DNA of 64,000 bases, taken from an uncultured Faecalibacterium sp. GTDB taxonomy: Bacteria > Bacillota > Clostridia > Oscillospirales > Ruminococcaceae. Of the stretch, positions 9,175 through 16,645 are shown piece after piece. The notes under the pieces are model-generated. The model was given only the letters and a program-made list of their open reading frames with translations. It was not told the DNA's origin and ran no database searches. How positions within the stretch are numbered: the stretch's first letter is position 1; every line of letters starts with the position of its first letter. The stretch lies in NCBI GenBank assembly GCA_937907025.1, contig CALESJ010000035.1, positions 5,763 through 69,762 on the forward strand. The letters are read 5' to 3'. Made by a program: the position numbers and the translations under genes.

Positions 9175-9321
9175 GTGCCGCCATGGGCCAATTTTACAGT
9201 TAACAGCAGCACAAAAAGCCCGTCACCACGGTGGCGGCAGGCAAAAGGTCGCTGCGCGGCATTAAAACGCGCCTAACAGAATTCAATGATGCGCAATTCG
9301 TCCGCCTTCGCGGACTTACGA

Positions 9322-10419
9322 TTAATGACTCTTTTTGAAAAATTGGAAGTCCGGGACTCCGAAAAATTGAGCCACTCGGTCAGGGTGTTGCAGTGGCAAG
9401 TTCGGCAATTCCTGGGCGAACATCTGCGCCGCCGATTTTCCGCCGAACATCTCACGAGGGTATGCGTTCAGCCAGTTCTGGGCTGCTGTTGCTTCTTTTT
9501 GCGTTGCGTTTCGCAGACTTTGTCCTTTCGGGAACATCCGGCGCAGCATCTTATTTCCATGCTCATTGCTGCCCCGTTCCCCCGGGCTTTGCGGATGGGC
9601 GTAAAACACCGTCACACCCGTTTTATCCATACCAGCCTGGTCTGCAAATTCGGCTCCGTTATCTAATGTCAGGGTGCGGAACAGCACATTATAGTCGTGC
9701 TTACCGAAGTACCGTCTTAACCGCTGCAATGCACTCACTGTATTGACAGCGGTTTTTTCTTTTACCTTTATCACAATGGACAGTCGGTATTTCCGGTCAG
9801 TCAGGGTCAGGCAGCTTTCGCCGATGCCGTGCTTTCCAATGATGCTATCGCCTTCCCAGTGACCAAACTGCTGCCGAGTCGATATAGCTTTGTCCCGACG
9901 CTCAATCGAGCGGTGATCTGGCCGGCTCGTCCGCATACGAACCACTCTGCCGTTTCGCTTTTTGGGATGACCTACCGGCAAATGCTCGTACGTCACACTT
10001 TCAAACAGGCCGCCTTGAATATACCGGTAACAAGTTGTCTTTGAAATACACATTTCAAACTTGCCAGATTGAGCAACCTGCTTGATTGCCGCATAGGGGC
10101 TATGCTTTGCCAGAATCGCCCTTTCAAGCGCTTGGAGATAGGCACGATTCTTCCCGATTTTGAGGTCTGGACCATGGGCTGTCTTTTGATAATCTGCATC
10201 CCTTTGAGCCACATCTGCCGAATAGGTACGAAAATATACCCAAGTCCTATAATTCAATTGCGTGACCTGGCCCCGTTTGAGCTCCTTACTAATGGTCTGT
10301 TGAGATACACCAATTTCCCGTGCAATAGCCGTTTGGGTTAATCCTTGCCGGTGCAGACATTCGATTCTTGCACGTTCGTCCGCCGTAAGGTGCTTACCCT
10401 TTCTTCGATTCTCATACAA
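9322..10419 (-). CDS. IS30-family DDE transposase
   Basis: The maximal ORF is 9322..10440. HTH is LTQTAIAREIGVSQQTISKELKR. The DDE core reads HWEGDSI / TLDNGAEF / NEHGNKMLRR. AGGAG plus 8 nt favours a TTG start at 10419. A hairpin with a 17-bp stem (10439-10484) lies just upstream. Confidence 0.85.
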   Translation of the reverse strand: MYENRRKGKHLTADERARIECLHRQGLTQTAIAREIGVSQQTISKELKRGQVTQLNYRTWVYFRTYSADVAQRDADYQKTAHGPDLKIGKNRAYLQALERAILAKHSPYAAIKQVAQSGKFEMCISKTTCYRYIQGGLFESVTYEHLPVGHPKKRNGRVVRMRTSRPDHRSIERRDKAISTRQQFGHWEGDSIIGKHGIGESCLTLTDRKYRLSIVIKVKEKTAVNTVSALQRLRRYFGKHDYNVLFRTLTLDNGAEFADQAGMDKTGVTVFYAHPQSPGERGSNEHGNKMLRRMFPKGQSLRNATQKEATAAQNWLNAYPREMFGGKSAAQMFAQELPNLPLQHPDRVAQFFGVPDFQFFKKSH

Positions 10420-10532
10420 CACAATCACTCCTATAAACAATAAGCCGCCATCCTCTTACCGTAGCGGGAGGATAGCGGCTTATTTTTATGTTCCGGGCCA
10501 CGGCAGGTTGCAAAGCACACCCGCCCAGCGCC

Positions 10533-10613
10533 GTCAAGGGGCGCAATTTTTCACAACTTTCACCAGTGTGCGCACTGGTGAAACCCGTGAACAATCGCGC
10601 TTTTTCCCTTGAC
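10533..10613. repeat. 81-bp imperfect palindrome with a perfect 11-bp core stem
   Basis: Outer arms are GTCAAGGG (10533-10540) and CCCTTGAC (10606-10613). The core is TTTCACCAGTG-TGCG-CACTGGTGAAA (10558-10583). The arms in between match at about 12 of 17 positions. Confidence 0.7.
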
Positions 10614-10723
10614 TGCACTGTTCTGGCGTGCTCGGCTGCAATCAGAGGGTGAAGCGCCTGAGCGCTTCGCCCTCAATTCGATTTTGGGAGAACGGAAGAT
10701 ACAAATAACAGGAAGCTAACACG

Positions 10724-10942
10724 ATGCAAAAATACAAAATCACCGTTTACTATGATATGCACACACCTTGGTCGGGAAAAACATCTTACAACCTTGAAAA
10801 AGAAAAAATCATCCAGTCAGACACTTTTCCCTCCAATGAAATGGCATACGAAGAAGCCCAACTCATGTTCAAGGAACTGCAACTTATGTTTATCATGCAC
10901 GATATTTATGACTGCGGCTTCAAAGTCGAACAAATCGACTAA
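10724..10942 (+). CDS. Hypothetical 72-aa protein on the strand opposite the phage module
   Basis: AGGAAG SD 9 nt upstream. AT-rich codons. No recognisable motif. Convergent with the Zot-like gene. Confidence 0.45.
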   Translation: MQKYKITVYYDMHTPWSGKTSYNLEKEKIIQSDTFPSNEMAYEEAQLMFKELQLMFIMHDIYDCGFKVEQID

Positions 10943-10957
10943 AAGCAGTACACATAG

Positions 10958-11008
10958 CGGCGTGCGCGTGGCGGCGGGGCAGGAGCCCCGCGCCCCCACG
11001 CGCAGCGC
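10958..11008. terminator. GC-rich nested hairpin between convergent genes
   Basis: GCGCGTGG (10964-10971) pairs with CCACGCGC (10996-11003). An inner stem CGGGGC-AGGA-GCCCCG is enclosed. The U-runs are weak. Confidence 0.4.
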
Positions 11009-11011
11009 CGC

Positions 11012-11923
11012 TTACCGTTTTGCAGCAGAGCCAACACGGCGTTTGCCTTTGCGGCTCAAATTTGTGGCGGCATCCAGGCCGAGCGGCCCGGCCGGATTCT
11101 GATTCTGAATGATCTCGGCTTCAGTGAGCAAGTCGCCGTCCTCAACCTTCTTCCGCAGGTTGTCCACAACCGCCAGAGTATCATAAGCATTATAATCCTT
11201 GTCCAGGACAAACCACAAGCCGGCGGCCAGCGGCTGTATCATTTCGGCGTTGGTGGCGTTCTCCAGTTCCCAAGCATCATAGGACTGCCAGAGCTGGAAC
11301 CGCCACACTTTTTTGCATTGAATGACCGTATGCGTCACATCACGCATCAGCTTGTCCACATGCTGAAACCGCTGGGCGGAGCCGTAGAAACTGATATGAT
11401 AGTGACGGCAACACAGCAAGGTGTTGAGGAAATAGGCGTTAAAGTTATCCTTGAAACTGCGGCTGTTCATCTGGACGCTCAATTCATCCATAGCCACGAT
11501 GGTGACTGTTTGAGTATCGTTCTGATCATCCAACACCGGGGTCAATTTAGTCATGTTGACCACCTGGGAAAGAGATTCCAGCTTGATATACGGAATAGCC
11601 AAGTCCACATTGGAGAGGATAACCACCTTTTGAGTTACAAACTTTTGGCGGCGGCTGCACCAGACCGGGCGGTCATTGTACCGCTCATACAGCCCCACAA
11701 CCTTATGCACCAGGGAAAGCGTCTTACCAGAGCCAAAGTAGCCGCAGTAGATGTCCAGGGCACCCACCGGGCAGGTGTTCCAGCCCTTGTGTTTTATGTA
11801 GGCGACTGCATCCCGGACTCCATGCACGGAACACTTAACAGGGTGAAACACAATGCACCGGGCGATTCTGGACACGGCCAGGACCACCAGGAAAACCACA
11901 GCAAAGAAAATCATGTATCCCAT
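11012..11923 (-). CDS. Zot/pI-like P-loop morphogenesis ATPase
   Basis: 303 aa with an N-terminal TM helix, Walker A GYFGSGKT and Walker B TIVAMDE. GGAGGTGG SD. It is the last gene of the minus-strand module. Confidence 0.65.
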   Translation of the reverse strand: MGYMIFFAVVFLVVLAVSRIARCIVFHPVKCSVHGVRDAVAYIKHKGWNTCPVGALDIYCGYFGSGKTLSLVHKVVGLYERYNDRPVWCSRRQKFVTQKVVILSNVDLAIPYIKLESLSQVVNMTKLTPVLDDQNDTQTVTIVAMDELSVQMNSRSFKDNFNAYFLNTLLCCRHYHISFYGSAQRFQHVDKLMRDVTHTVIQCKKVWRFQLWQSYDAWELENATNAEMIQPLAAGLWFVLDKDYNAYDTLAVVDNLRKKVEDGDLLTEAEIIQNQNPAGPLGLDAATNLSRKGKRRVGSAAKR

Positions 11924-11924
11924 G

Positions 11925-12098
11925 TTACCACCTCCGGTTAAAGCTGTTCAGCCAGCTTTTGAGCATGCCGAACACGAACAGGAACAAACCGATTGCCAGC
12001 AGCACAGAGAACAGCCAGGGAATGAGTTCGCAAAGGTTTTGCGGAGCCTGCGAGGACAGGCCGAAGAATGTACAGAGATCAGCAAACAGACCGGACAT
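11925..12098 (-). CDS. Small membrane protein (57 aa), minor-coat/assembly candidate
   Basis: The ATG overlaps the upstream stop (TAATG) and is preceded by AAGGGGTGG. The sequence MSGLFADLC..LFSVLLAIGLFLFVFGML contains one TM helix. The track ORF 11925..12116 begins 18 nt earlier. Confidence 0.55.
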   Translation of the reverse strand: MSGLFADLCTFFGLSSQAPQNLCELIPWLFSVLLAIGLFLFVFGMLKSWLNSFNRRW

Positions 12099-12538
12099 TA
12101 AAACCACCCCTTCCATGCGAATTTAAAGAACGCGACCGCAACCACACCGACAACAAAAAGCAGCACCAGCACTTCTACTACACTGTATTCAGCAAACGGC
12201 TTTTCAAAAGCGCTTTGCGCCGTTTCGGGCGTGGAGGGCTGGGTATTCTGCTCAACTTTTGAAAGTGTAGATTCAATGCGGGTAAGCTGTCCGGAGTAGT
12301 CCGGAACTTCTGCAGCCGGAGCATCTTCCGCCGGTTCCTCGGCCAACTGCTCCAGAATAGCGTCAAGCGTTTCCTGAATACCAACCAACTGTTGGTCCTG
12401 CACTTGCACGGTCCCTTCCGCCGGTGTCGGTGCAGGCGTCGGGTCCACTTCTTCGGCATGGGCCCGATACTGATACACCAGCAACACCAAGAGAGATAGC
12501 ATCACCATAGATGCCACTTGAAAGTAACTTTTATACAT
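12098..12538 (-). CDS. 146-aa protein with a signal-anchor and a C-terminal TM (phage structural/assembly candidate)
   Basis: TGAGGTGA SD 8 nt upstream. It has N-terminal and C-terminal hydrophobic helices flanking an acidic, Pro-rich middle. Confidence 0.6.
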   Translation of the reverse strand: MYKSYFQVASMVMLSLLVLLVYQYRAHAEEVDPTPAPTPAEGTVQVQDQQLVGIQETLDAILEQLAEEPAEDAPAAEVPDYSGQLTRIESTLSKVEQNTQPSTPETAQSAFEKPFAEYSVVEVLVLLFVVGVVAVAFFKFAWKGWF

Positions 12539-12551
12539 TTATTCCATCACC

Positions 12552-12749
12552 TCACTCACCATTAAACAAACGGACCAGAAAGCCAAAAATCAAGAAACCT
12601 ACCATACTATAAAAAAACACGTCACGGAACGAAAAGGAAAATCCATAGATATTCATGGGAATGTTAATACCTTCCCATACAGTGGTCAAAAACTGCCCGA
12701 AAACTTCCACAACATCACCCCCGAATAAACTTGATAACCGCAAGAACAA
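12552..12749 (-). CDS. 65-aa hydrophobic protein (pVI-like candidate)
   Basis: The TTG start overlaps the 3' end of the upstream gene, so the start is uncertain. The C-terminal TM is FYSMVGFLIFGFLV. Confidence 0.4.
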   Translation of the reverse strand: MFLRLSSLFGGDVVEVFGQFLTTVWEGINIPMNIYGFSFSFRDVFFYSMVGFLIFGFLVRLFNGE

Positions 12750-14625
12750 TCATCAAGACAACACCGGCACCAAGAACATTAAGAACATCAGCGGGCAAGT
12801 ACCCAAAAGAAGCCTTCAAGAACTCACTAAAACCACTTGCCATGGTAAGCAGCGATTCAAAAAGGGAAAACAGACCAGAAATGACCGCCGCAAACAAGTC
12901 CCCAAGTCCATTCAATAACGAAAGTATCATATCAATCAGACCATTCAAATCGCTATCGCCATCACCGTCACCAGTCTCAGGAGTGGACGGCGGTAAAGTG
13001 GTTTCGGGATTGTCCGAAGGCGAAGGAGTAGGATCACCAGGATCAGGGGAAGGCGAAGGCGTTGACGGAGATTCCTCATCATTGCCATAATCAGATAAAT
13101 CGGTATCTTTGAGAGATTTCCACTCACCATCAAGATAGATTGCCGCATCAACAGATTGCCATCCATTGTTCTGATATTGCTGCACATCTTTAACGACATT
13201 ATCTTCCAGATAGACATATGTATAACCATTTATCGGATAAGTAGGACGCACACCGCCAACACGAATATCTGATACAGAGATATTAGACTTTACTGCAATT
13301 TGATTTTCAACTCCCTCCTCTGGCAACACCAACACACTGTTTGTATCAAACGGCTGAGAAGAAGGCGTGTAATCGGAAGTATACAGGATTTTATTAGAAA
13401 TTCGAATCTCATCAATAGCAAATGTAGTCCAGCCACAATACATCCACGGTCCTGTCCCTTTATTGTTATACGCCCGGACACCAGTATCGTTAGAGATCGA
13501 ATAACCAGAGCTGGTATAAATATTTGCGAAATTAAAAGAACTATCAATCGATTGTTTGGAACCGTTAACGAATACTACACACTTATTTGATACAGAATCA
13601 TAAGTAATAGCAACGCTGGTCCAAGTATTAAGAGGTAAATCAAATTTTCCAGTGTTAGAAGTATCGTAACAGTTATGAAATATACCGTTATACAAAAATG
13701 TGCCTAATACTTCGCCATTATCAAGAGCCGAACGTTTAGGATCTATACGGGCACTTAAATACTTAATCCGAAATTCAATTGTGTATTTAGGCATGGCACC
13801 AACAAAAGGAATTTCAAGTTCTGCAGTTGATGCAATATCATTAAAATACAATCCACCATCAAAAAAACCATCAGAAAGCGTAAGATAAGAATGACTTTCA
13901 ATATCGGGTGCTCCGTTCGCACTACTATCAGAATAATTGCCATCTAAATGATAAAGGGCCATCGTAGTACCATCATCTTCAACGACTTCTTTATAATTAA
14001 CCGCATCATATATAAAATACTGGCCCCAAACATCTTCCACAGTCAAATTATAAGAATTACGCCCATCCGGCAACTCATAATAATAAATAGAATTTTCATA
14101 GGCGGGCACATCGGGCGTACTTGTCGCAGCGGGATAAGAAACAATTACATATGTATAATAATTTGTAATATAATAGTTTTGATTGTTTACAGTATAGGTG
14201 TAGTAATTATATGTCTGATTATAGTTATAAGTGTTGTAAGTATAACTATTCATGACGTAATTGTTTGTAGAAGAAGAATAACTTGTATAATTCAATGTAT
14301 TGTTTTGCTGATTCACAATGGAGTAATAACTGGTATAGCCAGAATTATACAGATTATCAGCGCCACCATCAGAAGGAGCCGTATAATACTTTTTACCCGT
14401 TTCCAAGCGGCCCGCACCACCACCACGATATGAGCCACCGCCAGCCTGAAAAAGAAGGCAACCACACTCAGGACAATACATGTGCTCAGTCAATACGCCC
14501 TGAAACTGAACAGTACCACAATTCGGGCAATGAGTGTTATACGAAGTAGCAAAAGCAGAAGCAGGCAAGAGAAGAGAAACAAGCAAAAGCACAGCCACAA
14601 AAACGCAACAACATTTTTTACACAT
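12715..14625 (-). CDS. pIII-like adsorption/minor coat protein (signal peptide, N/Y-rich region, LamG-like domain, P/S linker, C-terminal anchor)
   Basis: ATG at 14625 with AAGAGGTG SD. The track ORF begins at 14664. The signal peptide ends AFA. Two CxxC pairs are present. The N/Y/T/S-rich tract is encoded at 14134-14355. The LamG-type ending reads FAIDEIRISNKILY. A PSTPSPSPDPGDPTPSP linker precedes a hydrophobic C-terminus. Confidence 0.7.
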   Translation of the reverse strand: MCKKCCCVFVAVLLLVSLLLPASAFATSYNTHCPNCGTVQFQGVLTEHMYCPECGCLLFQAGGGSYRGGGAGRLETGKKYYTAPSDGGADNLYNSGYTSYYSIVNQQNNTLNYTSYSSSTNNYVMNSYTYNTYNYNQTYNYYTYTVNNQNYYITNYYTYVIVSYPAATSTPDVPAYENSIYYYELPDGRNSYNLTVEDVWGQYFIYDAVNYKEVVEDDGTTMALYHLDGNYSDSSANGAPDIESHSYLTLSDGFFDGGLYFNDIASTAELEIPFVGAMPKYTIEFRIKYLSARIDPKRSALDNGEVLGTFLYNGIFHNCYDTSNTGKFDLPLNTWTSVAITYDSVSNKCVVFVNGSKQSIDSSFNFANIYTSSGYSISNDTGVRAYNNKGTGPWMYCGWTTFAIDEIRISNKILYTSDYTPSSQPFDTNSVLVLPEEGVENQIAVKSNISVSDIRVGGVRPTYPINGYTYVYLEDNVVKDVQQYQNNGWQSVDAAIYLDGEWKSLKDTDLSDYGNDEESPSTPSPSPDPGDPTPSPSDNPETTLPPSTPETGDGDGDSDLNGLIDMILSLLNGLGDLFAAVISGLFSLFESLLTMASGFSEFLKASFGYLPADVLNVLGAGVVLMIVLAVIKFIRG

Positions 14626-14688
14626 AGGACACCTCTTGCGATCTTTTATTTTTGATGTTATCATTGAAAAAAAGGAGGGGTTGCAAGT

Positions 14689-14928
14689 ATGGTTTTCATT
14701 TTCAGTGAAAGCGGACTGTCCTACATTGAACGCCTTATGTATAAGGGTGCAATAGGTATTTTTTACAGTGATACTCTGAGCGGAATACTGGCATATATCC
14801 TCTTTGCGTTTTTCGCTATAATGGCATTCATTGGAATCCTTTGTACGTTAAAAGCCATAATTATAGGAATTGCGAAGAAAATAAACGCAAAAAGAAGCCC
14901 ATATAAGTACTACAACCGCAGTAAATAA
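14689..14928 (+). CDS. 79-aa membrane protein encoded antisense to the phage operon
   Basis: Strong SD AAGGAGG 8 nt upstream. One or two TM helices (ILAYILFAFFAIMAFIGILCTL) and a basic C-terminus. Confidence 0.55.
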   Translation: MVFIFSESGLSYIERLMYKGAIGIFYSDTLSGILAYILFAFFAIMAFIGILCTLKAIIIGIAKKINAKRSPYKYYNRSK

Positions 14929-14958
14929 AAAAGCCGGACGGCCTTGCGACCGCCCGGC
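14927..14958 (-). terminator. Intrinsic terminator directly after the coat-like gene
   Basis: On the minus strand, GCCGGGCGG-TCGCAAGG-CCGTCCGGC forms a 9-bp stem with one G-U pair, followed by UUUUUU. Confidence 0.75.
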
Positions 14959-14967
14959 ATGGGCTGA

Positions 14968-15129
14968 TTAGCCACGCGCAACGCGCTTCAGGCGGCCAAA
15001 GATGGAAATGCCGACAGGCACCAGGCTGGCGGCCAGACAGAACAGCAGGATGGGCTGGCTAGTGATTTCAGTAACACAAGTACCAGCCAGGCTGAACACA
15101 TCGGACATGGCAGTAATGACAGTTTCCAT
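14968..15129 (-). CDS. Major coat protein-like ORF (53 aa)
   Basis: Below the track cutoff. AAAGGAG SD 9 nt upstream. The sequence is METVITAMSDVFSLAGTCVTEITSQPILLFCLAASLVPVGISIFGRLKRVARG. It has an acidic/polar N-terminus, a hydrophobic helix and a basic C-terminus, the Pf3/pVIII architecture. Confidence 0.65.
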   Translation of the reverse strand: METVITAMSDVFSLAGTCVTEITSQPILLFCLAASLVPVGISIFGRLKRVARG

Positions 15130-15170
15130 AGAGCTTTTACTCCTTTCTAGGTTTGTTGTATATGCACCTC

Positions 15171-15407
15171 TTACGAGGGTACAGCGGGATTAACAGGGGC
15201 ATGAGAAACCGTACCGCGAGCGGTACAGTGATGCGTTTCGGGGTCGAAGTGAAGTTCGATTGTTGCGTTGCGAGCCATAGGGCCATATGCAGCATCGAGG
15301 TCCCCGAGGGTCAGGGCGATGATGGTTGCCAGATAAATGGAGCCGTCGAACACCAGAAACGCACCAAAATTCTGCGCGTCCATATAGCTCATAGACAGAT
15401 TGAACAT
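15171..15407 (-). CDS. 78-aa hypothetical protein (position of an ssDNA-binding/gV-like gene)
   Basis: ATG at 15407 with AAAGGAG SD. The track ORF begins at GTG 15416. It lies immediately downstream of Rep, whose stop is at 15413-15415. Confidence 0.5.
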   Translation of the reverse strand: MFNLSMSYMDAQNFGAFLVFDGSIYLATIIALTLGDLDAAYGPMARNATIELHFDPETHHCTARGTVSHAPVNPAVPS

Positions 15408-15412
15408 GATTG

Positions 15413-16117
15413 TCACTCCTTTGAAAGTGTAGAATCAAAAAGGTCATAATCGCCTGTGACCGGCAAAAAGCCGCCTTTGCAGTTCCGGCCACGGGTGCCA
15501 TCGTTCATCGGGGTTCGTGCGCGGGAACGTTCGAGGAAGATGTCCCGCCACATGGCGTAGTTCTTTTTGAAAGTTGCCCAACAACCTTCCTCATAAGCCC
15601 AGCGGGCCATTTCATTGAAGGTGTCAAAGGCAGGCATATCCAACAGAATTTGAACCTGGTCGTCCTCCATAGCGGACATTCCCGCATGTTCTGAGGGTTC
15701 GTCAAATTCGTGGGCCCCGACAATGCTTTTGGGGTATTGGTACTTGTCCGGGTCCAGCATATGCCACAGATAGACATATGCTTTATACAGGTTGTTCACC
15801 TTGCGGATGGTGTTAACTGGTACACCCAATTCCTTGGCGATGCCCGTGAAGTATCGGGCGTTCGGGAACTGACACACAAAATGCACATGAGGTTTCTTGA
15901 GGTCGCCGGGCTTAAAGTCGGGCGGTTCGCCGTCTTTCTTAAGCCGCTTGTCATAATCGGCTTGAGTGTACACGTCTTGATCATGTAGTGCCCACGCGCA
16001 AGGCAGGTGCGTTTGTGCGTAGTCTATAATTGATTGCTGGCTCTCGGGGTAGAGTACAAACATACATTGCCTTGCGCGGATTTTTGGGGCTGGCCGTTCT
16101 TCGCCCAACTTTACCAC
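15413..16117 (-). CDS. HUH rolling-circle replication initiator, Rep_2 (pMV158 RepB) family
   Basis: The motifs align by eye with pMV158 RepB: FVLYPES, AWALHDQD, KKPHVHFV (the HUH motif) and YVYLWH (the catalytic Tyr region). GTG start with a weak SD. Confidence 0.8.
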   Translation of the reverse strand: MVKLGEERPAPKIRARQCMFVLYPESQQSIIDYAQTHLPCAWALHDQDVYTQADYDKRLKKDGEPPDFKPGDLKKPHVHFVCQFPNARYFTGIAKELGVPVNTIRKVNNLYKAYVYLWHMLDPDKYQYPKSIVGAHEFDEPSEHAGMSAMEDDQVQILLDMPAFDTFNEMARWAYEEGCWATFKKNYAMWRDIFLERSRARTPMNDGTRGRNCKGGFLPVTGDYDLFDSTLSKE

Positions 16118-16141
16118 CTACTTTGTTAAATTTTGTTTTTT

Positions 16142-16187
16142 GACACTGACACTGACACTCCAAAGGACGTAGCGCCTTTGGAGTGTC
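16142..16187 (-). promoter_or_regulatory. Candidate double-strand origin: 3 x GACACT iterons plus a hairpin with a 13-bp stem
   Basis: GACACT at 16142, 16148 and 16154. The stem is GACACTCCAAAGG (16154-16166) with CCTTTGGAGTGTC (16175-16187). The 8-nt loop reads CGCTACGT on the coding strand. Confidence 0.55.
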
Positions 16188-16202
16188 AGCCTTGCAGCTG
16201 AC

Positions 16203-16229
16203 AAAAGGCCGGGCTGCGCCCGGCCTTTT
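16203..16229. terminator. Bidirectional intrinsic terminator
   Basis: AAAAGGCCGGGC-TGC-GCCCGGCCTTTT. Confidence 0.7.
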
Positions 16230-16264
16230 CTATGGTGGCGGTTGGGCGTTTTCCGCTGGTGGCA

Positions 16265-16543
16265 TCAGTCCATTACCTGATAGTCGACACAACGGCCATT
16301 CGGGTCGAAATCGAATTCGACAGTATGACCGACGAGATTGGCAGCAGAGCCGCCCACATCAGCAATGAGCTCGGCGGCTTCTTTCGCCTTCATCTTAATG
16401 GTGGTGACTGCCTGCCCGGTGACGCTGCGGGAAGAACACACGGCATGGATGACGAAGTTGTCATATGCGATTTTTTCACCAGGCTTGTCACTCGGGGTAA
16501 AACTGCCCTGACGGCGTTCAACGCCAACAATTCCACATTTCAT
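16265..16543 (-). CDS. 92-aa hypothetical protein at the right end of the island
   Basis: AAAGGA SD. No confident motif. The segment RRQGSFTPSDKPGEKIAYDNFVIHAV is loosely reminiscent of OB-fold gV-type proteins, which is speculative. Confidence 0.5.
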   Translation of the reverse strand: MKCGIVGVERRQGSFTPSDKPGEKIAYDNFVIHAVCSSRSVTGQAVTTIKMKAKEAAELIADVGGSAANLVGHTVEFDFDPNGRCVDYQVMD

Positions 16544-16645
16544 GACTTTTTCCTTTCTTTCTCGGCCCCGGCTATCTTGCCGATTTTTGGCCTTTTGTTG
16601 TTTGTAACCTCGGTTTTTGGCTACAACGTTAATATAAAACTTTTG

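Noticed and set aside
9031-10613. Defined IS30 boundaries with terminal inverted repeats.
   Set aside because: Only an 8-10-bp inverted match (C[C/A]GTCAAGGG) is visible and no matching target-site duplication flanks it. The same motif also occurs a third time at 10531-10540. I therefore do not claim exact IS ends.
14134-14355. AT-rich low-complexity DNA considered as a tandem repeat or satellite.
   Set aside because: It is in frame within the pIII-like gene and encodes the Asn/Tyr/Thr/Ser-rich tract. It has no fixed DNA repeat unit.
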